A stretch of DNA of 64,000 nucleotides from IMG/VR virus record IMGVR_UViG_3300025141_000031; one strand, given 5' to 3'. The position numbers and the translations under genes are program-made. Positions 29,925-40,028 of the stretch are shown piece by piece. The notes beneath the pieces were generated by a model. The model worked only from the letters and a program-made list of their open reading frames with translations, made no database searches and was not told the DNA's origin. Position 1 is the first letter of the stretch. The number at the start of each line of letters is the position of its first letter. The DNA comes from a virus.

Positions 29925-30317
29925 TTATACATCAAATCTTTTATATAATTCTAATACAATTCTACGGTATCCATCATTATTAGTTAACAATAAACTATTA
30001 CTATAATTTTCCCATGTAATAATAAATGTTTTATCTAATACTCCATTATTAACTTTTTTAATAATTTCATTTAATGCATTTACCGTATATAAAGTATTTG
30101 TATCTTTCTTTCTATGTATTAGTATTGTATTTGGCGTTTTTTTATAATCTTCAGTAGGGTCTACATTATATGTAACATAAACATCATTTGGTTTGTCTGC
30201 ATCATTAAATACAAAAATCTTTTTTTCTACTATATTATAGCTTTGTTTAACATAATCTATAATAAGATTTAAGTCTTTTCTATGTGCGAATGTACATAAT
30301 AAGTTAGTTCTTGCCAA
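29925..30317 (-). CDS. Conserved-looking hypothetical protein
   Basis: 130 aa; LLCTF and IHRKKDTNTLYTVNALN; class II promoter upstream. Confidence 0.65.
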   Translation of the reverse strand: MARTNLLCTFAHRKDLNLIIDYVKQSYNIVEKKIFVFNDADKPNDVYVTYNVDPTEDYKKTPNTILIHRKKDTNTLYTVNALNEIIKKVNNGVLDKTFIITWENYSNSLLLTNNDGYRRIVLELYKRFDV

Positions 30318-30375
30318 AATTTTCCTTCTCGTTTTATTCTTATTATAAATATCAACTTTTACGCTGAAACCGTAA

Positions 30376-31953
30376 CTATTCTATAGTTCCTTTTGGTGAA
30401 CTTCCTGGAACACTTGCTCCGAAATATGTTTCAAAATATTCATAGAATGTTGGTGCTTTTCCTTTTTGTCCATAATCAGATGTCCATTGTCCATTTGTAA
30501 ACCTTAAAAATATTGGTATTGTAATTAACTTTTCACCATCTCCATATAATACAAGATCTCGTTGATAATCACCTAACGCTTCACCAGTCCTTTTTGTTTT
30601 CATTTTACCTAGCTTTGCTTCAAAATTACCCTTTTCTATTGCATTTTTTATTATGTCTCTTGATGGTAATGCATGTATTTTCTCACCTCCTTTTGCAACA
30701 TATAAATAAGTTTTCTTATCAGATTCTTCATCTGCTCTTAAAAGATATGTTATGATATCTGTTAAGTCTTCTACTCGTCCTTTAGATTCTAAATCTGTAA
30801 AAAGTACTTCTAGGGGTGGATGAAGATTAGATGCTCTATTCGCAATAATTTTCTTTTTAATATCATTTGGCATTTCTGAATATATTTTTCTATACATATA
30901 TGGTATAGTTCCTGAACCTCTTCCTAAATCATTCCATTCTGGTTCCCAGGATATATCTGATGATTGGTTATCCCATTTTGGATCAGATAGTATATCTTGT
31001 ACTTCTTTTGGCATATCGCCATTTTTTAATCTATCTTTTATCCAACCATTTATTTGTCCTACATAGTATTGTAATCCTGCATCAATAGCTTTTTTAGCTC
31101 CAGCTTGAGTCTTATACATATAATTTAATACACCATCATAATTTGAATCAGCTATTTCTGTATCAAATCCATATAACATTTTCAATATTTTTCCTACTGA
31201 TAAACTTCCGAATTGTCCTGCACCATATTTTAATGATATCCAAACATCTTCTTTTTCACCATTTACTAATATTTGTACGACATCATCTGACACACCTAAA
31301 TCAATTCCTGATGCAACTCTATAAGATTTTACATATGATGTTGGTTGATATAATTGATCTATTTTATTTTTAGTCATATGTGCTGCATCAAATGCATCTT
31401 CCCATTGTGCATAAAATGTTTTTGTGAACTTACCATCTTTAAGATAAACTGTATCTCCTTTTTTCTGGCCTTGTTTCTTTGCTACATCATCTGATGTATG
31501 TTTTGCGCCCACTAAATGATTAATTGCATTATCTGTGGTTACATCTGCATCTTTTAAGGTTCCGGCTGCTCCTTGTCCTATAAGTTCAAAATCTTCTATA
31601 GTTTCTATTTCTGGAGTAGATATTTGTACATTTTGTGTATAATCTTCTCCTGGTGTTATTTTAACTGGAGGTGCAAGCTCTATAATATATGCCAATGCTA
31701 AAGCATAAAATGTTTCATGTAAATTTGTAGTTGCAACTGATGGAGTAGTTTCTACTTCTTCTGGTTCATGTGGTATATAATCAACTGGAGCTTCATTACG
31801 TAAGCTTCGTATAATAGGTTTAGGGTCTATATTATTTTCTGTTAGAATTCTAGATAAAACCTGTAGTTCCATTTTATTATACGGCTGTATCGCATAACCA
31901 TTAGGTAGTCTATAGAACCACTCTCTTAATATATCTGTTACGTTTCTTTGCAT
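30376..31953 (-). CDS. Putative PD-(D/E)XK-like endonuclease with N-terminal leader
   Basis: LHETF...SDDVV...WISLKYG pattern resembling the E...D...SLK restriction-endonuclease fold. Confidence 0.45.
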   Translation of the reverse strand: MQRNVTDILREWFYRLPNGYAIQPYNKMELQVLSRILTENNIDPKPIIRSLRNEAPVDYIPHEPEEVETTPSVATTNLHETFYALALAYIIELAPPVKITPGEDYTQNVQISTPEIETIEDFELIGQGAAGTLKDADVTTDNAINHLVGAKHTSDDVAKKQGQKKGDTVYLKDGKFTKTFYAQWEDAFDAAHMTKNKIDQLYQPTSYVKSYRVASGIDLGVSDDVVQILVNGEKEDVWISLKYGAGQFGSLSVGKILKMLYGFDTEIADSNYDGVLNYMYKTQAGAKKAIDAGLQYYVGQINGWIKDRLKNGDMPKEVQDILSDPKWDNQSSDISWEPEWNDLGRGSGTIPYMYRKIYSEMPNDIKKKIIANRASNLHPPLEVLFTDLESKGRVEDLTDIITYLLRADEESDKKTYLYVAKGGEKIHALPSRDIIKNAIEKGNFEAKLGKMKTKRTGEALGDYQRDLVLYGDGEKLITIPIFLRFTNGQWTSDYGQKGKAPTFYEYFETYFGASVPGSSPKGTIE

Positions 31954-31969
31954 TTATTATAAATATGTA

Positions 31970-33316
31970 CTAACCGACTTTACTAGTCATATTTTGCATA
32001 TCTTGCATAGTCTTTCCAGCTTTGATCTTAACTGGAAATTTATCATTTGTCATAGTATTTTTAATATCTAATATTAATTGTTTACCATCTTTAAGATTAA
32101 AATCAAATAATAAAGAATCATATGTATATAAAATTAATTTAGTATCATATGGTCCTAATAATGCATTAACTTCATTTATCATGGCCATATTATATTCAGT
32201 TTCCATACTCTGTAAATAATAATTAAATAATTTACTTGGATTCATATCAGACATTGCATTTCTAAATAACTTTCTTTTTAAAACAGCTGTTTCTATATAT
32301 CCTTTAGATTGGAATTCTTTCCATAATTTATATGTAAAATCTCTTACCTTACCAAAGAATGGAATCTTTGCAAAATCTTTATCAACTCCACCATATAATA
32401 ATCTAAACGAAATAGTTTTACTTTGTTCATATTCTTCTTTAGATAATTTATCCTTTCCGAAATATTGTTTACCTAGATATGTATGTACGGATGTTTCTGG
32501 CAACTCATAATCAATAATATCTCCTATTAATCTTAAGTGATAAGAATCATAATCTAACTCTAATAACATACCATATTCATGTCTTGATATAAATGATTCT
32601 CTAGAGCCGTCTTCTTTATTAATTGCCGCATAATTAACTCCTCCATGTTTATTAGAAGGTCGTCCTGTAGTTGTATAAATATTATATTCTGTATATGCTG
32701 TTGCTCCTACTAGATTATTTGTTTGGAATTTTTCAACAAATTTTTCATAATCTACTTTTAATCCATTTCTTTCTATACCATATAAATTATCAATAAACAA
32801 TTCATTATAATATTCAAATGATTCAGATTTCTTAAAGGTTGCAAATGATTCCATAAATTTATCTTTCATTCCATTACATCTTTCATAATGTTTAACTATT
32901 GGAATATAATCATTTACATTAGTTTCATTATAATACCATTTATTGTACCAATCATGTGCATTTGTATCTGTATCTTCTAATTGTAACATTTTATTACTCT
33001 GAAAATATTCAACTAAATCTGCGTCAAATGTCTTATGATGGTAGAAATTTACAAAGCGTTTCTTACCCAAAACATAGATATCCGCCTTACTTGTAAACCT
33101 GTTTAGATGTTCGGATTCTAGGCATATGCAATCCTTATGACGGAAGGGTACTATGTATTCTTTTTTAGTATCAATTACATAAATATAAATAAAACTTATT
33201 TTATTATTTACGTAATGTCGATAAAAATCAGAAAATACTGGTATCCAAAAACTATCAGAAGTTTGTAATATTTGTTGTAATTCTTGTAACCTTGGTTTAT
33301 CTTCTACTATTTTCAT
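31970..33316 (-). CDS. Family A DNA polymerase-like protein (short, divergent)
   Basis: TTTGRPS, motif A LDYDSYHLRL, motif B K..SF.LLYG, NYYLQS, motif C YTYDS. Confidence 0.8.
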   Translation of the reverse strand: MKIVEDKPRLQELQQILQTSDSFWIPVFSDFYRHYVNNKISFIYIYVIDTKKEYIVPFRHKDCICLESEHLNRFTSKADIYVLGKKRFVNFYHHKTFDADLVEYFQSNKMLQLEDTDTNAHDWYNKWYYNETNVNDYIPIVKHYERCNGMKDKFMESFATFKKSESFEYYNELFIDNLYGIERNGLKVDYEKFVEKFQTNNLVGATAYTEYNIYTTTGRPSNKHGGVNYAAINKEDGSRESFISRHEYGMLLELDYDSYHLRLIGDIIDYELPETSVHTYLGKQYFGKDKLSKEEYEQSKTISFRLLYGGVDKDFAKIPFFGKVRDFTYKLWKEFQSKGYIETAVLKRKLFRNAMSDMNPSKLFNYYLQSMETEYNMAMINEVNALLGPYDTKLILYTYDSLLFDFNLKDGKQLILDIKNTMTNDKFPVKIKAGKTMQDMQNMTSKVG

Positions 33317-33323
33317 TTATATA

Positions 33324-33353
33324 ATTATAATGAATTTTTTGCAAAGAACCAAA
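33324..33353 (-). promoter_or_regulatory. Class I promoter (PolA-like gene)
   Basis: TTTGGT-N18-TATAAT. Confidence 0.7.
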
Positions 33354-33375
33354 TTAATACCTAGGAGACTTCCGA

Positions 33376-34221
33376 TTAATCTGTATTTGCGTTTTTTGAC
33401 CTAGCTAATTGCATTACATATTGTCCTTTTGTCAATAATATATCTTGTACTACTTCTTTACTATGACGTTTTCCTCGCATTACTCCTAATGTAGGATGAA
33501 TATGATAATAACCTTTATAAGGAGTTCCATTTGATAATACAAATTCTGTACCATCTGTTAGTAAATTATTTCTTTGTACTCCTGCATTATTCTGGGATTT
33601 AATTTCGGGATATTCTGAATGTTTTACAAGGTCTCTTAATGCATCTGATAGTCCTGCCATTTCATAATTTTTTTGAAATACAGTTCTTCTATTAGAATCT
33701 TCTACTCCAGTTTCTTTTACTTTTGTTTTTGTTCCATCAGTATATTTATCTTTAAGTGGTCCTTTTATCTTCCACCTCAATGATAATTTATCATATAAAT
33801 ATCCATTAATATTTCTACCATCTTTTGCTTTAACTTCCTTAAATTGTTTTTGGTCTATCTCAATTACTGGTTTAGTTATATCATTTTTTTGTTTGATAAA
33901 ATATCTTATCATATATCCATTCTTATAATCATTTGGTCCTGGTCCTGGAAGTTTTGTTATAGGCGATTGAAATTCATATAAATTAATATTCGTTAACTGG
34001 TCGTATATTAATATATCTCTGTTATCAGCTATATAAAAATCTTTAAAAGGTTTTAAAACTTTAGAGGCATCATTTGGAGAAGCTCCTGTCATTACTAATT
34101 CATGGTCACCAAAATAATGGTACGGACCTATATAGTTTTTTAGGTCAAAGGTCATCCATGTATTACCTTTAGTGTAATGTCCGAAATGTCGTTGTCCTTT
34201 TGGGTAATATCTAGATGGCAT
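33376..34221 (-). CDS. Hypothetical baseplate-associated protein
   Basis: Last gene of the tail operon; repeated Y.G.YH motif. Confidence 0.5.
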   Translation of the reverse strand: MPSRYYPKGQRHFGHYTKGNTWMTFDLKNYIGPYHYFGDHELVMTGASPNDASKVLKPFKDFYIADNRDILIYDQLTNINLYEFQSPITKLPGPGPNDYKNGYMIRYFIKQKNDITKPVIEIDQKQFKEVKAKDGRNINGYLYDKLSLRWKIKGPLKDKYTDGTKTKVKETGVEDSNRRTVFQKNYEMAGLSDALRDLVKHSEYPEIKSQNNAGVQRNNLLTDGTEFVLSNGTPYKGYYHIHPTLGVMRGKRHSKEVVQDILLTKGQYVMQLARSKNANTD

Positions 34222-34222
34222 A

Positions 34223-36259
34223 TTATGGCTCCATTCTACAAATTGTTGTTATATCTGTAATCCAATCATTTGGTGATATTGTATGCTTGGTTTTTGTTAC
34301 AGTAAATACTATTTTCATTCCAGAACCATTATCGTAATACCTACTAGGAGCGAGATTTGTTTCACATGCATTACCAAATTGAATACCGGCTAGACCTTCA
34401 ATAGTTGCAGATAATTCTAATGGGTACATATCCTTTCTAAAGCTTGCTTTGTCTCTTGCGGTAACAACTCCTTCAATATATGCTTTTAAATTTGTTTTAG
34501 CTGAAGTAATTGATTCATCGATATATCCTGTATCATGTATTACTTCTCGTGATTCGATTAAACCATTTAATATCTTCCCTATATTGTCAAGTTTTGTAAT
34601 TTTTTTACCTTTAATAACTTCAACTGCAGTATGTTTCTTTCCTGAAGTAGCTCCTGTACCTCCCACGAAAGCGGCTGCAGCCATATCTTTTGGAACTTTA
34701 CCATCTAATGATACGTTTCTAGTAGAATAATAATCAGTTGCAGTGTTTGCATTTAATTGTATTTTCTTCACGCCAGTTCCAGGAACCCAATTTCTATCTA
34801 CTATAAACATCTTACCTTCTGGGTCACCAGACCATCCATAATGTTCACATTGTTCTGGTGTCATTTCTGAAACTGTTAAATCATATGCTCCTCCGGTACA
34901 ATTATAAATTTCTTGGAAAATTCCATTTAAGAATTTTGATAATGGAACTTTACTTCCTGCATCACCCATTCCACCAGCACCTGCTATTCCACGTATACAA
35001 TCACGTGATATTAATATATTTGCTAACTCTGCTTTGTTACCTGCCATTACAGGAGGACAGTCAAAATTTTGACCCCAGATTTTGGAAGCTCCGAAAAATC
35101 TTCCGAGCAAACCTCCAGCTGTTCCTCCATATTGTTGTTGTTGATTACTTCCCAGGATTAAAACATTCATTGGATTTGCAGAAAATATTTTATCATAAAA
35201 TCTTCCAATGGTAACTTTATTATCACAAACATATTGTACTCCAGTTGTATCAACTTTAGAACCTTCTATATTACCATTTAATAAATCTTGATTGATTAAT
35301 TTATTAACTATATATCCTAAAGATGCAAATATAACGTTACCACCAACCATATTATCATTTTTTGGTTCTGGTGCTGCGTTAGGACAATCAGTTCCTGCTA
35401 TACTAGCTGTTCTATCCCAGCCTGGAAATGTATATGATTCATCTTCATCTAAATCAACATGATCATCCATTTTATTTTGAACGTCATAATCAAATACATC
35501 ACATATATTTACGACTGTTGATTTTTCATTTAATCCTTTATAATCAGAAACAAACATTCTACCATCATCTGTTAATTTTGCCATGACATTCATTTCTGTA
35601 ACTAAACTTCCTTTTCCAACAGCTTTAATTGTACAATCATATCCTAAATATTCATTTAATTTAAAAGAATAATCATATACTACTCCTTTAAATTCTGTAT
35701 TATTAGCTGGGCCAGAAACATTAACTCTACCATAAGAAATATTAACTTCTGTTCCTGGTATCATTAATTGTTCTTCTATTTCTTCAAAAGAAACTTTATC
35801 AAAACATTTAATAGTTAATTCAGCTTTTTTTAATGAACCATAATCACCTGACATTTCTACTTCGAATTTTGTTATTGCAGGAAGTGGTTTTCCAGATTCT
35901 GATCCATACCTTTCAGAAAAGTTTGTACCAATTTCAGCTGAAGATTCCATTTTTGTACCAACTGGCGTTTCTACTGTTTCCATTGCAACATTATGTTTGG
36001 CTTCTCCAAATAAAACATTTGATGTACCTTGACCTCCTATAAAATCTGTAACACCACGGGTTACTGTTCCAGCCCCCTCTTTAACTGCTTGCCATGTATC
36101 TAAATCTTTTGATTTTTGGTATACTGTAGAGGTTCGTTGTGCTGATATGTTTATATAACAACCTAATGATTTTCTACTTTCAACATAGTCTTTATTTCGT
36201 CTTTCCTGTAGTTCATCTAAGACAAAATCTTGAGCTGCTGAATAAAATACTCCTGCCAT
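34223..36259 (-). CDS. Baseplate hub-like protein
   Basis: Position after a LysM-like gene; PAIT..GSLKKAELTIKC and C-terminal LSATIEG..GIQFG..HTISPNDWIT hub-like pattern. Confidence 0.6.
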   Translation of the reverse strand: MAGVFYSAAQDFVLDELQERRNKDYVESRKSLGCYINISAQRTSTVYQKSKDLDTWQAVKEGAGTVTRGVTDFIGGQGTSNVLFGEAKHNVAMETVETPVGTKMESSAEIGTNFSERYGSESGKPLPAITKFEVEMSGDYGSLKKAELTIKCFDKVSFEEIEEQLMIPGTEVNISYGRVNVSGPANNTEFKGVVYDYSFKLNEYLGYDCTIKAVGKGSLVTEMNVMAKLTDDGRMFVSDYKGLNEKSTVVNICDVFDYDVQNKMDDHVDLDEDESYTFPGWDRTASIAGTDCPNAAPEPKNDNMVGGNVIFASLGYIVNKLINQDLLNGNIEGSKVDTTGVQYVCDNKVTIGRFYDKIFSANPMNVLILGSNQQQQYGGTAGGLLGRFFGASKIWGQNFDCPPVMAGNKAELANILISRDCIRGIAGAGGMGDAGSKVPLSKFLNGIFQEIYNCTGGAYDLTVSEMTPEQCEHYGWSGDPEGKMFIVDRNWVPGTGVKKIQLNANTATDYYSTRNVSLDGKVPKDMAAAAFVGGTGATSGKKHTAVEVIKGKKITKLDNIGKILNGLIESREVIHDTGYIDESITSAKTNLKAYIEGVVTARDKASFRKDMYPLELSATIEGLAGIQFGNACETNLAPSRYYDNGSGMKIVFTVTKTKHTISPNDWITDITTICRMEP

Positions 36260-36263
36260 AATA

Positions 36264-36569
36264 TTACCTCGATTGTTCGTTTCGCATAAGTAATTGATGT
36301 AATTCTAGTTTTGCTGGAATACGCAATCTTATTCCTGCAGGTACATGAAATGTACCTTTACCTAAATGATTTGCTTGTGCTAATACCCACCATTGTGATG
36401 CATCTTCATAATATTCATAAGCTATATTATCTAATCTATCTCCTGCACGAGTAACGATGTAATAGTCTTGCGTAGTTTTAGGAATTTCCGGTGGTAAAGA
36501 TGAATTTCTTCTTTTTCTTTTCTTTTTTCTATCTATCCTATCGTTTATTATATATTTATATCTGTTCAT
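36264..36569 (-). CDS. LysM-like baseplate protein (gp53 / P2 gpX-like)
   Basis: GDRLDNIAYEYYEDASQWWVLAQAN..G.RLRIP. Confidence 0.85.
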   Translation of the reverse strand: MNRYKYIINDRIDRKKKRKRRNSSLPPEIPKTTQDYYIVTRAGDRLDNIAYEYYEDASQWWVLAQANHLGKGTFHVPAGIRLRIPAKLELHQLLMRNEQSR

Positions 36570-36581
36570 ATTATTCTCCTA

Positions 36582-39500
36582 TTAGTCAAATGGATTAGAT
36601 AAATTACTTTCTTTACCGCTTTCTTTTGAGAAAGCTTTTTCTGCTACTCCTGATATTTTACTGGATGCTGCATTATCTCCTGATTGGTCACCTGGTAAAA
36701 TGAAATCTAATACATTATCTCCAGCACTTACTACTCCGTCTCCAACATCACCAAGTATATCTTTTGCCATATTATATGGTTTATCTGCTATATGATTTAC
36801 ACCTGGTGGTAATCCTTCTATTAAATCATCTATAGCATCAAAATTACTAGCTTTTTGTTCAACATTAGCATCTGCATTTGCTTGTACATCATCTCCTTTA
36901 AAGGTTGATCCTCCAAAAAATATACCACCTCTTTGTGGTATAGAACTACCGACATATTGCAGCTCTAGACTTACTGTTGCATATTTTGGCATTCTCTGGC
37001 CGGCTGTTATTTCCCATGGAGTTTCAGAATCCATATCTACACTAAATGTTGATATATAACACGGAATATTATCATAGATATCTCCTAATGTTAAGTTTAC
37101 AAATGTACCTGTATATCCATTAGAATGATATTTTGGTGCTGTCCAACCCGCAACTGTATTTATTTTATCCCACATTGGACTAAGCTCTCTTTTCGAACCT
37201 GCTGCTAATGTTAAATCTAATGAAATTGTTCTTCCCCAACCAGTTAATATTAATTTTGGATCAGCTCGTCCAATTTCTTTTTCTTGATTCCATTCTGGAG
37301 AAAAGCTATCACTTATCGAATTTATACCTGCTCTAAAGTAACATGTTTGAGATCCATGCATAGAAATATAAAATGGCACCAAATCACTTATTATTGGTTT
37401 ACCTCCGACTGGTAATCTATTCAGTGTATCATGTTGGTTTGCCCCACCATATCCTAACATATCACGATTTCTTAACTTGATTTCACCTTTGACAACTGTA
37501 GAAACTGCTCTTCTAAATTCTTGTATTTTTTTAGTACCTGCTACTGTACCAGTTTGTTTTGCTGCATCTCTTATTTCAGAATAGTTCATGTAATTATATA
37601 CTAAAGGTGTTCCAGCTGAAGATTTAGGCTTACCACCAATAGTTTTTGTTCCAGATGTTTCGTCTGGCCTTGCATCTGGATTCTGCATTGGATCTAGTTT
37701 AGATACAATTTCTGCATCAATTGCTTCTAATTGTTTAGATTCTTGGTCTGATATTGCAACTTGTCCTGCATCTGGTGAAGGGCCTTTTTTTGGACTAGCT
37801 GATGTATATTTAGAACTATATGATTTATCATTATATGTTGGAACCAATGAAGGATCATCTCCTCCATATATCCAAACAAATGGTGTACCAGTTGATGGAT
37901 CTCCTCCTTTATACTCTTCTAATAATAAACGTAAACTTTTATAATCATGTGATGGACCTTCATCTATTTGTTCTTTAGTATTTCCTGTAAAGAATTTTAG
38001 ATCTGGTGTAAAGTAATTAAAAATTGCTTCTCCGACTTGGACTTCATTTAATCCGGTAACTGGTCTTGCTGCAATTAATTTTGCTTCTTTATGCATATTA
38101 ACTGGAAATCCTGGTTCAAATACTCTTTCTGCAGATTTTCTAATTTGAGGAGTATTTGTATTTGATGCATCTCCATTAGGATCTATTAATCCATACAGAG
38201 ATATTCTATCATCAACATCCCAATCTTCTCCTATAACTGGTGTACTTCTTAAGAAATGTTCTAAATATCCTCCTTTTATATGCTCTATTAAAGCTGAACT
38301 TTGTATTGGATATGTTGAACTATGTCCATGTACAAATGTATGTATATGTTCAGTTAATTTTTTACTATCGATTAATGTACGTACTAATTCATTTTCTTGT
38401 TCTATAGATGTATATATATTATGTTTTGAACCTCCTATAGGCTTTCCTCTTGGACCGCTATTTGCATTTATTAGATTATAATACCCTTCTGGATATCCAT
38501 CTTCTCTATTTTGATATAGATGATATTTATGAGAATGTTCTAATAAATCTTTATCTTCAGTATTTTTTGCTCTTTGATGAGTTTCTTCTGATGCATCATC
38601 TGATGTACCTACATATCTTCCGCCTCCTGGAGAATGTGGTTCTACTTGTTGTCCTCCTCCAGCAGTCTTTTTAGATACATTTTGTGCCGGAGAATTACTT
38701 TCTAAATATCTTGTTCCAATAGCAAATGTATTATCATCTGATTCTGGAGTTCCTTCATGTATAGTCTTTCCATCATCTCCTAATAAACCTGTTGTAATAT
38801 CTACTTTTGGTCGTTTTAATGTTTCTGCCTCTAGAACTTTTTCTGGGGTTGTTTCTGTACTTATAAATCTACCTCCACGTGGTCCATCAGATTGAATATA
38901 CCCTGATTCATAAAATTCGTTATCATTATTAGGACTAAATATATTTAATACATTCTTGACTCCAGTACCACCGGTGGTAGCATCTTTACTTGGTAAAAAT
39001 GCTCCTTTATCTTTTTTATATTCTCCTGTACTTCCTGGGTTATTAAATGTCTTTTCTATAGAATTACCAGGTCTACCTGTATTTTCTAATGTTCTAGGTG
39101 ATCCTGGAACATCTTCAGATTCGTATGGCGTAGTTGATGCATAATGTATTCCCCAATATGCATTACCTAAATTATCTTTTAATCCTGTTCCTGTTACAAC
39201 AGTTCTTCTAATAGTTGTATAACCAATACCATATACTGATTTAGGTCCACCTGGTCCAGATAACTCTGAAATCTCTGATCCATCAAAGTTTGAAAATGCA
39301 TTTTGTAATGGTTCTACAAAGTTTGATATTCCTTGAGCAATTGTTCCTAATAAATCAGTTGGTGGAGCTTGATCTAAAGATGCAGGTGCACCATCTCCAA
39401 ACATTTCTATCTTTAATCTAGCTAATCTATTTTTTGTAACGGCTTCTGCATCTGAGTTTAATAATTCTTTTTGTACATCTTCATACTTACCTTGAATAAC

Positions 39501-40028
39501 TTTAGATCCATGTCTTGAATTATGAATACCTTCTGGTGCTGTTAATAAATTACTTGCAAGTCTTATTGGATTATATGCTCTAGTTGGTCGAATCTTTATA
39601 TTTGATTCTACATATGGATTAGATGCTTGTAATCCAACTTGTTTAATATTCCATAAAATACCTTTTGGAGATATCATAAATTTAGCAAATCTTAATGTGT
39701 CTTCTGCTAACCTAGCTGCAAATGCTACAAGTCCTCCTCTGACCATCATATTATCTGGAGATGTTCTTCCACCAGGTCCATAAAATTGTACATCACCACC
39801 TCTACGTTGTATTCCTCTTATTATAAATGGTTGGTCTGTTGCAACACCTAATGATAACCTATTTACATTTGGTGCATCATATATATGGAATTTATCATAC
39901 TGCTCCATAATTTCATTTTCATGAAATGATGATATTTTATTCTGGATCTTTTCTTGTGGATATTTTCCAGGAGCTTGATTTGTTAATCCTTGCCAAGCTA
40001 AGTTTGATGTCATACTAATTAAACCCAT
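36582..40028 (-). CDS. Large baseplate / tail-tube-initiator-like protein
   Basis: Follows tape measure; C-terminal FRA.I.SISDSFSPEW..IGRAD..RTISLDL..LTLGDIY..PWEI tube-fold-like domain. Confidence 0.6.
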   Translation of the reverse strand: MGLISMTSNLAWQGLTNQAPGKYPQEKIQNKISSFHENEIMEQYDKFHIYDAPNVNRLSLGVATDQPFIIRGIQRRGGDVQFYGPGGRTSPDNMMVRGGLVAFAARLAEDTLRFAKFMISPKGILWNIKQVGLQASNPYVESNIKIRPTRAYNPIRLASNLLTAPEGIHNSRHGSKVIQGKYEDVQKELLNSDAEAVTKNRLARLKIEMFGDGAPASLDQAPPTDLLGTIAQGISNFVEPLQNAFSNFDGSEISELSGPGGPKSVYGIGYTTIRRTVVTGTGLKDNLGNAYWGIHYASTTPYESEDVPGSPRTLENTGRPGNSIEKTFNNPGSTGEYKKDKGAFLPSKDATTGGTGVKNVLNIFSPNNDNEFYESGYIQSDGPRGGRFISTETTPEKVLEAETLKRPKVDITTGLLGDDGKTIHEGTPESDDNTFAIGTRYLESNSPAQNVSKKTAGGGQQVEPHSPGGGRYVGTSDDASEETHQRAKNTEDKDLLEHSHKYHLYQNREDGYPEGYYNLINANSGPRGKPIGGSKHNIYTSIEQENELVRTLIDSKKLTEHIHTFVHGHSSTYPIQSSALIEHIKGGYLEHFLRSTPVIGEDWDVDDRISLYGLIDPNGDASNTNTPQIRKSAERVFEPGFPVNMHKEAKLIAARPVTGLNEVQVGEAIFNYFTPDLKFFTGNTKEQIDEGPSHDYKSLRLLLEEYKGGDPSTGTPFVWIYGGDDPSLVPTYNDKSYSSKYTSASPKKGPSPDAGQVAISDQESKQLEAIDAEIVSKLDPMQNPDARPDETSGTKTIGGKPKSSAGTPLVYNYMNYSEIRDAAKQTGTVAGTKKIQEFRRAVSTVVKGEIKLRNRDMLGYGGANQHDTLNRLPVGGKPIISDLVPFYISMHGSQTCYFRAGINSISDSFSPEWNQEKEIGRADPKLILTGWGRTISLDLTLAAGSKRELSPMWDKINTVAGWTAPKYHSNGYTGTFVNLTLGDIYDNIPCYISTFSVDMDSETPWEITAGQRMPKYATVSLELQYVGSSIPQRGGIFFGGSTFKGDDVQANADANVEQKASNFDAIDDLIEGLPPGVNHIADKPYNMAKDILGDVGDGVVSAGDNVLDFILPGDQSGDNAASSKISGVAEKAFSKESGKESNLSNPFD

